A stretch of DNA of 64,000 nucleotides from Eledone cirrhosa (lineage: Eukaryota). Positions 39,197 through 51,148 of the stretch are shown here, piece by piece (within the stretch, counting starts at the first letter, position 1; every line of letters begins with the position of its first letter). The position numbers were made by a program, and so were the translations under genes. A model generated the notes under the pieces. That model searched no databases and was not told the origin of the DNA. It saw only the letters and a program-made list of their open reading frames with translations. Location: positions 77,500,001-77,564,000 of the forward strand of contig OZ024745.1 of the NCBI GenBank assembly GCA_964016885.1, in the 5' to 3' direction.

Positions 39197-39224
39197 ACGG
39201 CTTCTTTGAATACAATAATTTCAT
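39197..39224 (-). CDS. Possible first coding mini-exon (MKLLYSKKP) of the minus-strand gene
   Basis: aaacATGa context and consensus donor t|gtaagt, at the edge of the CpG-retaining zone. Very short, so weak. Confidence 0.2.
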
Positions 39225-39455
39225 GTTTTATTGTAATAATCTAAAGTGCTTGTCGTATGTATGTATGTATGTATGTATGTATGTATGTATGTATGTATGT
39301 ATGTATGTATTGGTTAAGAGAGTGGGACTGGCTTTGTGCAGTGCCTTTGCTCACTATAAAAGCTTCACGGCATAGGCATTGCTTTATATCTGGAGATCTC
39401 TCTGCACTTGTCATCACATGGTACCATGGGCCCAGCACTATGTGTCAATAATTGT

Positions 39456-39625
39456 CACAAGTGTAGTGTCTGTACCAGAGTTTCCAAGTCGCTGGCTGGA
39501 CTAAAAAGTCACACTCGTTCAGCGCATCGGTAGGGGTTCTCCTACACGGATATAAAGTAGTGGCCGTACTCGAAAACGAGTTGGCAGCCACCATTTATGT
39601 ATGTATGTATGAATGTATGTATGTA
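39456..39625 (+). mobile_element. 3' end of a BovB-like RTE with C-terminal C2H2 finger and (TGTA)n tail
   Basis: HKCSVCTRVSKSLAGLKSHTRSAHR*, short UTR with ctcg-aaaa-cgag hairpin, microsatellite tail. Confidence 0.65.
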
Positions 39626-40572
39626 CTTCTGGTTTTTAGATATGTATGTATGTCTGCATGGATGTTATTGTATGTGTGGATGTGTATGTTTTGAGTTGTA
39701 TGGGTGCATGTGTATATACCTTGTATCTGTACATACGTATATGCAGTTATTAGATGCAAAATTTTTGAAATGTGTGTATGTGTGTGTGTGTGTGTGGAGA
39801 GAGAGAGAGTTAGTTAAAAACTCCAATCGGCGGTGTCATTTAGTTCGGTTGAAAAAAATCTTACGTAATGACCGCGTACTAACTAGTCATAGTATCATAG
39901 TGGCACCCGTGGAGTGGTTTACCTGCAAATCGATATATGTCAGTATGTCATCGATCTATTATGTGCTAACTGGTTGATGCAGTGTCAATAACTTAAAACG
40001 TTAATGCACTTTTAACAATAAACTAGGATGTAAAATTCAAATCTCACATCTTTTAAAAATTATTACTTTGCGTTTACTTGTACGATGTTTGCTAATTGAA
40101 GTTTTAGTGAGAGATTCTATTAGTTATATTTGTCTAAGTGCGCTGTTTTCCGTCGCCATATCTTATTTTGTATATAACTATAGATATGACTTGTTTTTTT
40201 CTTCTTAACTTCGCAGGGGGAATATATTCCTAACTTTTAATCGAGTCCCCGAACACTATGCTAATGTTGATCTGGCGTAGGTAGATAGATCAGCTGTCAG
40301 CGAAAAACGTGCTCATGTGACAAAATCGTCTTAATTACTTCAAAGCTGATTAGCGTGCAGTTTTGATGGGATTACCACACAAACTATCTACGTAGTCAGG
40401 TGGAAAATACAATGGCACTCCTTTGAATAAAAATTAGTTTATCGACTAAATCAATGTGTATATCTATCTTTCTATCTATTTACAATCGTATATTCTAGAC
40501 TTTGGTGCACACACACACTTATAGATATAGTATACTGCATTCAAACTTAAGAAATAGAAATTATAAACAGGA

Positions 40573-40603
<31 letters not shown>

Positions 40604-40614
40604 CTCTCTCTCTC

Positions 40615-40677
<63 letters not shown>

Positions 40678-41422
40678 TCTCTATATATATATGAGAGAGA
40701 GAGAGTCTCATGCAGAAATAAAATCATGAATAAATGTATCGATTCTGTGACGACATTTCCAATTTCCATTCTTATTAGTATACATTCGTCCCACCGCGCG
40801 TACACAGTTTGTCGGTGCGGATAAAATGAACAATTTCATACATAAGTACTTCTATCATCGGCTAGCATAAATTTTTAATACTTGCACGTAATGAAATTTA
40901 ATGGCGAAATTCTGGCAACTGGCCACTTGTTCACATCATTTTATATATATATATATTGATTTCGGTATTAGTGTATGATCAGTGTCAACTTTTAATTTAC
41001 TTTACTCATACAGCCTCCTCCTTGCTGCCGACTTTCAATGAATGGCTGGCAGTAAGACGTCATTTGATTGGTCGAAATTTGTCAGAGTTCTCACCCACTT
41101 TCCTATACGGGGAGTGATAGCTTTTGTTTTGACTTTAATACCTGTTCTTGGTGCCATTGAACTGTTTATTTTTATTTATTTAAGTGTATTTTGTGATGCG
41201 CATACGTACACACAGTAATAATCACACGCATACACAAAGCCTTTGTTAATTGGATTGACTTTAAAAAGAGATAATTCCGATTCTCTTTACACCTATTGTA
41301 TCTGTTCATCGACCTTTGCGGCTTACTTAGGTATTTGCGCGTCTTAATCCGATGACTGTCTTCCCCCTGTGGGTTAAATGGAAAGTGCCGATCCGTTACC
41401 GGTCATGGGACGTATGCAAGGC

Positions 41423-41460
41423 TATATATACCGGTGCCCTCTTCCTTATGTATCATTGTA
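41423..41460 (+). promoter_or_regulatory. Candidate TATA box + Inr core promoter
   Basis: GC-flanked TATATATA at 41423-41430; TCATT with the A at 41455, about 30 nt downstream; followed by an exon with a consensus donor. Confidence 0.45.
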
Positions 41461-41566
41461 GTAGAGTGCCTCCTTAAAGGACGTCCTCGCAGGTTCGGCT
41501 GCTATCAGGAGATGCAAGTTTCCTATTTACAGTCTGTTTACAAGCACATTCAAATGGCTGTTAGAG
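41455..41566 (+). other. Candidate first exon, with caaaATGG at 41554 and donor ag|gtgagt
   Basis: Consensus 5' splice site at 41567-41572. Confidence 0.4.
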
Positions 41567-41954
41567 GTGAGTACAGGCTGACTGGTTTTGGTTTACTATT
41601 ACTATTGATATTACCAAATTATTACTTATATTAATTTAATTTATAGTTCGTTTAACTCTAACATTTGTAGTGTTTGATGCTGTAGTGGGTGTGGACCTGT
41701 TTGTTCATTGGTTGCTATTGACTTACTTTCGCTTTTCTTTAGTATTGGCGATCAGTATATATATATATATATATGCACACACACACACAATGTGTGCATA
41801 TAATAATAACACCAATTAAAACAGATTTTCTCTGCTGTTACTCCGAGTTTTGCGCAATCGCTTTTCGAGTGATATTGTGAAACTCGGAGTAATGACGATG
41901 AAGAAAATTTACTCTACATAATGTAATAATCTATTCGTATGTAATAATTTTTTT

Positions 41955-41996
<42 letters not shown>

Positions 41997-42028
41997 AGCG
42001 CGTAACTATGTAGATGATTGTATGTGTA

Positions 42029-42068
<40 letters not shown>

Positions 42069-42959
42069 TGAATAGTCTGTGCCTACACACACCATAGCTA
42101 TTCGTTCTTTTAGAAAGTAATGACTGCCCTGCTAGTAAAACACTATGACGTTTTTTTCTGACATTAAGTTCCATTCCATTCTCATTATGGACGTTTTAAT
42201 TTAATTTTATTTATTAGTTCTTTGTTCATATTGTTTATGCTGCCTTCATGTGCATTTGGACCACTTTTGAGTTTTCCTTTCGTTTCCATGGACTAACGAC
42301 CAACATTATGTCATTTAAATATATATAAATTAATGCTGATTTAGTCGTTTATAGATATACTTTATGCATGTGTTGATGCTATCAGCTGCAATGCATTCGT
42401 AAGATATAGCAACTTTCCAATGTGTGGTAATTTATTTTCGGACAAAATATCAATGATACCACTTGCTAAAATGTTGCCATTCTACAACTGCTGATAACTG
42501 TTGCTGTGTCTCCTTTCCGCAGTTTTTTCATTATTGTTATTATATGAGCACTACAACTTCCATTTTTGAGAATCATTTTTCCCCTTGTATAACTTTAAGC
42601 TTCCATTAATGTATTGTTTACGTCGATTCTTTTATCTATAACTATATTTTCATACCCCTTTTATATATATACCTAAAACAGAAGATCGTCTTAATATCAT
42701 TATTAGTATATCTGTAAATAGCTGACTTCATTTTGTTTAATTTTATCGAAGTAAACAAACGATTTATATAAAATGACATAACAAAGTTCACATATTTTCC
42801 CTAAATATGCTGACAATATAAATAGCTTTAAATTACAAACACAAATGCCATCGCTCTCAGAAATAATCACATACACACACACATATCATTTAATTACATG
42901 AATATTCAACATGAAAATATAGAATGGAAACGAAAGAACATTAAGTCAACACTAAGTGT

Positions 42960-43640
42960 GTCAATCGGTCACACCCGCAAGGGGTACCGGAGCCTCCCTC
43001 TAATATTTTTTTAGGCAAACCAACACACTGGTAATGTTACCGCGAGTGATAGTGAGGCTAAGGCGCTGAAACAACCAGGCACCACCACGGGCATCACCTG
43101 ATATCTCGATAAGGCTAGCCACCAACGATGACAAGAACTTTGATGTCAGCGGACCAACTTCTCCAAACATTTCAATTACCACAGGCTGGAAAAATAGTTT
43201 GTCGATTATTCCCGGTACTTTACAATCCTATTCAGTTCGGCTACGGAAGCAGTAACCCTCACATTTACCGCAGCATCCAGGATGTGAGAAGGTGTAAAAG
43301 AGTCACCGACTGTGGTGTCCCAAATGAGGCATCTACTTTTTACCCAGGGATAAAGGGTAAGACCATCTGATCTCTTCCCGTCAACTCTGGATAATCCAGC
43401 CTGCTCCAGAATTCAAGGGATATTTACCCAAGTGAGGACCCGTTTAATAATCAAGTTTAGCTTTGTATGGCGAGCGAAACGATCTGCATTTAGGAGACGC
43501 GACAAATCATGGTGACCTGTGGAGTCGAGGAGCCTACCCCAAATCAGCTCCCACTCTGAGTGCAATGGAGATGCGGAGCCTAGACTGAGTAGGCCACCGA
43601 TGTTGGCAACGGGCAGGGCATCAACCCAGTCTCTTGATTG
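42960..43640 (-). mobile_element. 3' remnant of a CRE-clade non-LTR retrotransposon (Zn-knuckle region + restriction-like endonuclease)
   Basis: WVDALP, FARHTKLN, DGKRSDGLTLYPW...LIWDTT, AELNRIVKY, PVVIEMFG, WLFQRLSLTITRGN. Confidence 0.85.
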
Positions 43641-44306
43641 TCACTTCTATTCTCCATTTCTACTATCTTTATTTTCCTCCATCAAATCGAATCTATGGCT
43701 GCCTTGTAATTATTATCATAGTATTGGTATTTTGTATCTGTTTTACGCTGTCTGTTAAGTAAGATTCATTTGATTTTAGATGTCCCGGGACAGTAACTAC
43801 TCGTCCGACACAGCACTCTATCTCTCTCTCTCTCTCAATATGAAACACGTTCAGATGAACATCTTTTTTTTACTTTTTCTCTTTCTCTGTTTTTCTTTCT
43901 TTCTTTTTTTCTGTCATATTTTATTAAAGGTCGTTTTCTTTTATACACGCAATGTACATTTAACATAAGTTTTGTTTATCCTTTTCGAAGGAGAGATTAC
44001 AGCTATATTAATGCTGTTTTTTTTTTTTCCTAAGGTACCCAATCTATAAGCTTAGCAAAGATTTTCTAATTACGCACTATTTAGTTATTAACTAGTGACT
44101 CTCCTCGGAGGATCTTACCTCGTGTTTCATTACCTGTTAACATGTGCTAGCTCCTATAGTAGTTTTATTACTTTATTCCTAATTGCTCAAATCTTTTTCT
44201 TGTATTTAGCTGGTTCTAAATACGCGCACGCACTAAACACACACACACTCTCTCTATCTCTTTCTCTCTCTTTCTCTCTCTCTCTCTCTTTCTTTCTTTC
44301 TCTCTT

Positions 44307-44349
<43 letters not shown>

Positions 44350-47300
44350 ATGGATCTATTATTTATTTTTTGTTAAATAGTAGTTACAATTTAGCAAGCA
44401 AACATCATTCTAATATAGTATATTTAATGTAGGAAATAGTAAAGCTAAAATATAATTTAAATTCCGTAGTTATTTTTCTTATATGATAGTTGTGTCTCCC
44501 GCTTTTTAATCAGAAAAACAGGATGAGGACGGTAGCTTAGTTGAGAAGACTTAGTCACCAACCACACACTAATGACTAACCAGTTGTAAAAAAAAAAAAA
44601 AAAAAAAATGGGGTGGGGAAATGAGCAAGAATGACAGGAAAGATATGCTGAATGGAATTAGAATCTCAAGTTGGGATCCCTTCTTAACTTAGTGGATTCA
44701 GATGTCATGTGGAAGTAGTCATGATTGATGTTAATGAAAAAAAATGTCCTAATATCTTCAAGTCCTCTGTGGTTGGGTAGGTTATTGTGCTTTTGGATAT
44801 CATGCACTTGTATATTATCAGGATGTGTCATTTTCATAAGACTCCACTAACACCAACCACACCTAGCTCCATAAGGTTTGACTATTTCATTACTTTATTT
44901 TTTTTTTAGATGTCTTTTATTTGAGCCACTCAGCCCACCCTCTCTTTGGCATTTATTCCCTTTAGTTACAACTTGCCTCTGAATCCCAGTACATTTCCAC
45001 CAGCTTCACTAAATTGGATGCAAAGGTCAAGTATTTCTGAAGTGTATAAATATTCAAATACAATTAGTTTTATTTTTATCATATTTTCTTTTTCTGTTTC
45101 TTTCTCCAAATGCTACTGGAGGAGAAAATTAGATTATCAGCTGCTTTATTTCACCACCATACTTCACATTTCAAACATTTCTACTGTCTCTTTTCCCCAC
45201 CAATTTTTCTCTTGAAAGATAGTTTTCGGTGTAGTACATATTTTTTCTTCTTCTTCAGGTAGATGCTTGTTCTAATTTTGACCAAATTCATGATTAGATT
45301 ACATTAACCGGAAAAGAAAAAGAAAAAAAAAATCAATGAATACAACCATGCAATAATGTTGAGTGGGCCCCTGCCTTCAGCAAATCTTTCCTTCTCTTAA
45401 ACACACCTAATCTTCTTCCCCACTATCTCTATATCCCTGTAATTAATAAGCTCTAATATAAAACATGCTATCCCTCACCCTATCTGCATGTTGGGCTCAG
45501 TTAACAACAATCTTCTGCATATTTGAGATATCTCTAATAGAAGAGAGAAAAATAATTGTTTTGTCCTTTTCATTACGTTCTCAGAAAAACATTTTTCCTC
45601 TTTTATTTAATTTATTTGTATTTTTGAAATTAATTAAAAAAAAAAAATTAATGTAATTTTTTTTTTACCTTAGTTAAAAGTTCACTTCATTGAAGAAATA
45701 AAAGCTCCCATTTAAGAGGAGGCTTAGCTCAGTAATGGCTGGTTTCTATGACTTAAATTTCATAATTTGAGAAATAGAATTATGCATTTGAGACTGAGCT
45801 TTCATTACAACTTCCTTTTTAATATCAGTGAGCTTGTAGTGATATCTTTTAACGAGCGCCTCATTTTTAGTTATTTAAAAATTCATCATTTAAAAAAAAA
45901 AGAAAAAATATGCTATTATGTGAAATTTAAAAGAGAAAGAAGAAAAAAATGAAATTCTATTTTATTGAGATTCTTTAGAAATGTGAATGTAAAATCCCGC
46001 CTAGAATCGTTATCTGAATTAAGTTTTCCTCTCTGTTCTTATCAGTAAAAAGACATATTTCTCTTGAGCCAAGGTGCATGATTATTAGGGTTTCCCTTCT
46101 AACTAAATTGGAGAGTTTATTTTTATTTTAATTATTTGGCCTATTGTTTATTCTATTTTCTTTTCCTATATTTGTTTTAGATTTTGCTAGGTTTCTTTCT
46201 ATCTGTATATAACTGAACCATTCAGTGATAGCTTCAAATCTTTTTATTATAAATTATTATTATCTACTGTGTGTATTCTCTTGTTGGTTATTAGCTCAAA
46301 TATCAGTTTTCATTTAGTTAATTATTTATTTTCTTTTGATTTACTTTTAATTTTATTCTATTATCAGTATTTTTATTGTTAGTATTTTTTTACTGTCATC
46401 TCCAACATTTTCCATTTATAGACGGTACTGATTAAAAATTTATTGAGTCTATTTTTGAGCTGTCTGAATGAACTTTGCGCAAGTAATGCATTGAGAGAAT
46501 CCATGTTATTAATAGCTGTAATGGGCAGGTATTGATTGAAAGTTGAGAATGATTAGAAACATTTCCTTTTATTGGAATCCGGAAGTACACCTCTCTGCAG
46601 TACGCGTCGCGTCATGTTCAAAGCTAACATCAACTTTTACAAGAGCTTTTACCCAACACCTCCTCCCCCATGTCCTCCGCCTTGGAGCCACTAACCCACT
46701 TCCCCAGCACGTCTCAGCTCTCCAGGAGCCATCAGTTGTTCTCTCTCTTTTCTCTCTTTCCACCTTACTCTCCTCCATTATTTTTCTCTCTCTCTCTCTT
46801 TCTACTTGACTCCCCCCCCCCCCCATCACTTCCTCTCTTCTTCTGCTTCTACTCTCAAGCAGCTTGCTTAGCAGACTCACCTTGAATCTTGGCCGAATGA
46901 ATTTTAAGGTCTGAGATTATGGTTATTTTTCTCCAAAGTGCTGGCAATGTCTTATTTGAAAGATAAGTTTTTATAGATTATTTCAGACATGCATATATTT
47001 GTATGTGTGTTTTTCACCTTTTATTAACATTAATGGGGTGTAAAGTTTTGAAATATTGACTTTTTTTTTTTTTTGCTTTCCAACATATACCAACACCACA
47101 GGTTAATGTCAGTTTCATTTTCCTTCAAATTGTGTAAATACCCCATACACACAAACGCATGAATATATATTTTTCTCTGTCCCCCACCTCCCCTTTATTT
47201 TTTTTTTCGTATTGCTTGTCTCACTAGCTCTTTTTGATTTCCAACTGTAAGTACTCGATACTTCCCCCTAGTCCGCCATGGCTTACTAGCTCTATACGGA

Positions 47301-47392
47301 TGTTTAAATTGATTAGATAAATATATATATATTAATGTGTTAGCTCTAACATAGCTGTGTATATGAAGTATGTGTTATATACAAAAACACAT

Positions 47393-47435
<43 letters not shown>

Positions 47436-48473
47436 TATTTAAAGAAAATGTTCAAATAACCAATATCAATAGGAAACAGCAAATGCAAAAGCATTATTAG
47501 TGATTTATTTTTCTTTCTATATTTAAACAAAAGAAAAATGCTTTAGTTTATTAACCAGGATTTTTTTTCTTTCTAGAGAATATTGATAAATTGTGTCATA
47601 CTTAAACTTTATTTTGTTATTGATATTTGTTTTTAGTTCCATCAAATGAGAACTAGATTGTTTGCTTGTTTGTTTGTTTGTTTAGAATCTCATGGTATAC
47701 TTTGCTGTTATGATGAATAATGTCCTGATGATGAGATCACTGTTCTTCACAGCACGTCAGTGGATGATTGCTGGTAGTCACCAGTTTCATACTGTATCAG
47801 CAGTTGTACCACTGATTTGCTGAGTTGGATATCTACTACAACTACCACCACCACTTCTGCTGCTGCTGCTACTACTACTTCTACTTCTACAGCTATAGTT
47901 AGTGCCAGTCAATGTTGGATCTATCCCATGATACTCTATTAACATTATAAAGTCTTTGATTAACCAGTTAAAAGTTTGTGTCTGTTTTCTGATGATGTGT
48001 GTGTATATATATAGCTATTGTGTGGACTAAAGACTGTATCTGTTTTTCTAGTATTTGATCAAATACTGTGCACAGAAGAACATTAAAATGCTTTTCAATT
48101 GATTTATGCCTGTTTCATTATCAAAACTATTGATAATTCATTAATATCACATACATTTGGAAATAGATTCTAGAATTCTGTTTTTTTTTAATCTAAATAA
48201 TTTTTCTAAATATCAACCATGATATTCAACATATAAAGGTAGCAACATATAAAGGTAGCTCTTTTCTGAATGTTTTAAATCATCAAACTTTAATCCAAAG
48301 AAAGCAACTTTTAAAGTTTTTTTTTTTTAAGAAAATATCATTTAATAAAAGAAAATATGAAATATATTTTAGTATAAGAACTCACACTTAAACAGTTGTT
48401 CATATATTTTCTTATCTATTTTCTGAGTATCTTCATAAGCTTTTTCTCCCTTTCCCTCAATATTGGACTAGAG

Positions 48474-48595
48474 CAGTGGTTTCTAAAGTGGGTTCTGCAA
48501 AGGAGTGTCTAGGGCTCTGTGAAAAAAGGTAGAGGAGTATATTTATATTACAAATAAAAAAGGGTTCCACATTTGAAAAAGTTTGGGAAACTCTG
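48474..48595 (+). mobile_element. hAT-like MITE, shorter copy
   Basis: CAGTGG...CTG termini; 8-bp TSD gactagag/ggctagag. Confidence 0.85.
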
Positions 48596-49123
48596 GGCTA
48601 GAGCTTGGACATAGAAACCATATTTTTGTTGTAAAATCAAAACTTTCCCCAGAAAATATAGTTTCTTCTGTTTAGTATTATTTAGTTAGAAGTGAAGCTC
48701 TGAGGCAAAGGATCTGCTTATAAATAGAGGTTCGGCATTAGAATGGGATCATAGAATAGATTCATTATAATATAGTCTAGACAAAAATAGAAGACTTGGG
48801 TTAAGATTTCTAATTCTGAGTGCTATTGCAAAAATTCTTTTAGATTTCTATGATGTTAATCTCATTATTTATATAATCATCATCAATTTTTTTTTGTCTC
48901 CTTTAACATGCAGGCATGGGTTGGACAATGTTCTTGGGGCAGTATTCTATAGCCAGATGTTCTTGGTGCCAACCCAAACTATAATTTTAAGTATGGTGTA
49001 TACCACTAATGTTCATTAAACTAGTAAACTTCAAAACATAAACAAATGACACTGTTTGCTTAAATGGGTTGAAATGTGAAGATGCATGTGAAGATATGTA
49101 TTTGTGCATGTTTGTTTTATATA

Positions 49124-49435
49124 CGTCTAACCCATGCTAGCATGGAAGATGGACATTAAACGACGATGATGATGATGATAACAAAAAGCACCCAGCCAAC
49201 ACTGTAAGGTGGTCGTGTAGGGGGTCATGATAAAAAGCACCCAGCCCGCACTGTAAAGTGGTTGTGTATGAGTCACGACAAAAAGCACCCATCACACTGT
49301 AAATGTGGTTGGCGTTAGGAAAGGTATCCAGAAACAGTTCTATATGAGCAAGACATGGTCACCTGATCAACTTGCCTCTAATGGGACAACCCATCTAACT
49401 CATGCTAGCATGGAAATGGACGTTAAATGATGATA
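49124..49435 (+). mobile_element. Two RTE 3'-end copies in tandem (stub + 3'UTR)
   Basis: Both end in catgctagcatggaa..tggac.ttaaa.gatgat; three internal aaaaagcaccca...cactgtaa modules. Confidence 0.8.
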
Positions 49436-49579
49436 TATGGTAGGCTTCCGTACAGTTTCCCTCTACCAAATTCAATACCAAGTCATTGGTTTATTTAGAC
49501 TATAACAGAAGAGGTTTTTTTTATATAGTAATGTGTAAGTAGAAAATATATAGAAAAATAAGTTATCTAGAGATGATTG

Positions 49580-49803
49580 TTGCAGTGTAAAAAAACATTC
49601 AGTGAGGAAGCCTGATGTAGTCACTCAACCTGCTAGAAATAGCTATGAAATCTCCCTCAAATTGCAACTTCTAATCTTAAAAGAGGGTACACTGGATAGT
49701 TTTGTCCTTAATATACAAAAAAAAAAAACAATAGTTACAACTAGGGTGCCTCCTATCATAGGTGTGCTTAATCGAGGCTGGCCTGTGGCTAAACAATAAC
49801 AGA
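49580..49803 (+). mobile_element. Degenerate SINE-like repeat (family D)
   Basis: gtcactcaacctgctagaaatagc...aaatctccctcaaat...ggctaaacaataac; resembles a recalled cephalopod repeat. Confidence 0.45.
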
Positions 49804-49872
49804 AACATGTAGGAAGGGGTTAATGCTTAATACTAAAATTTAAATGAAGACTTAGCTTAGACTTTTGCTTAA

Positions 49873-50104
49873 CCCTTTAACATTTGCATTACTCTCCATG
49901 AAAATACAATATACTATTGTATTTTCATGGTAAAGACTTTATCTTATATAATTATCTCACATAATATTGAATCTATGAGATTTTGATGTTATTTATTTTG
50001 AGAACAATACCTTAACATCAGTATGAGCGACCAGTTAGAGCCAGTTTGAACAAAATGAGGTGAGAGAATTCTGGCCGGATACAGCTGGTTTAGATGGTAA
50101 AGGG
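49873..50104 (+). mobile_element. piggyBac-like MITE
   Basis: TTAA-CCCTTTA...TAAAGGG-TTAA. Confidence 0.85.
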
Positions 50105-51007
50105 TTAAATGTTTGCTGAATTATATTTACTTAGATTTGCAGAAATTATGATAGCAGGTCGTGCTTAAAATATCTCATAAATGCAAAAGGCTGCTTAACC
50201 ATTGCATGGAACTAAGTTTGGTTGGATATTAATTATCTGTGTCTGGGAGTGCCGACTTGATTTCCGGTATTGTTGTTCTTGCAATTAAAGTATAGCCACA
50301 ATTCACTTTTAATAATGCCTAATTTAGTGATTTCTTGTTATTTTCTAAATTATTGGATTTTATCATTGTTCAGTTACTTGAGTAAAAAATAATTACTTGT
50401 TATATTTTCTGTTAAACTTTCTTAGCTATAAGTTAGTTATATTAGTTTTCTTTGAGCATTCATTTTTATTTATTTATTTATTTATTCTAATTTTAGAAAA
50501 AATTTTTGTTGGACATAATTTTTTATAATTTTATTTCCTGATTGATATAATTTGCAACTCAATTAGACATTCTTGTTCATGAATTGATATTTAAAACATT
50601 TCAAACATACTCTTACAATTTGTCATAGTGCATTGATCCTCTCTTGTGTATGCGCATGCATTCATGCATGAGCTACACACGCACACTGCGAATGCATTTT
50701 TCTAATGAGTTCATCTTCTCTATATCATTCTAATCTTAGTTATCACTTATTTTTATTTGGCTTTTTTTTATGTAAATATTTTTTTTTAAAATTCGCTGGA
50801 ATTTTTATTATATGCTCCTATTAGTATGTTTATTCTTAAAATTTATATTTAAAAGTATACTGCTTCAAAATTTATATATATTTTCGTATTTTATTATCTG
50901 AAATAAAAGATATCCATTGTCTCTTTTTGTATTGTATATAGTAGAAGAAAGAAAACTATTTTAATATATTAATAAGGATATCTTTTAAGTCTTAATTCAG
51001 TGATTAA

Positions 51008-51148
51008 TAATTGTTTCTACTTTTGGCACAAGGCCACAATTACCCAGTACATTACTGGTACTTTATTTTATCGACCCCGTAAGGATGAAAGGCAAAGTTT
51101 ACCTCGGCGGGATTTGAACTCAGAATGGCAAGGGTCGTAACTCTATGC
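51008..51148 (-). mobile_element. 5'-truncated SINE family A
   Basis: Core present; TSD gtgattaataat. Confidence 0.9.

Noticed and set aside
40476-40824. ORFs rich in YI, HT, CV or LS repeats (also near 25.5, 39.3, 42.0, 44.1 and 60.2 kb)
   Set aside because: Translations of microsatellites.
47690-47823. Short ORF after an acceptor-like site, with C/D-box-like TGATGA/CTGA motifs
   Set aside because: 43-aa ORF with no recognisable features; no terminal stem or guide for a snoRNA; CTGATGA is not followed by stem II and GAAA.
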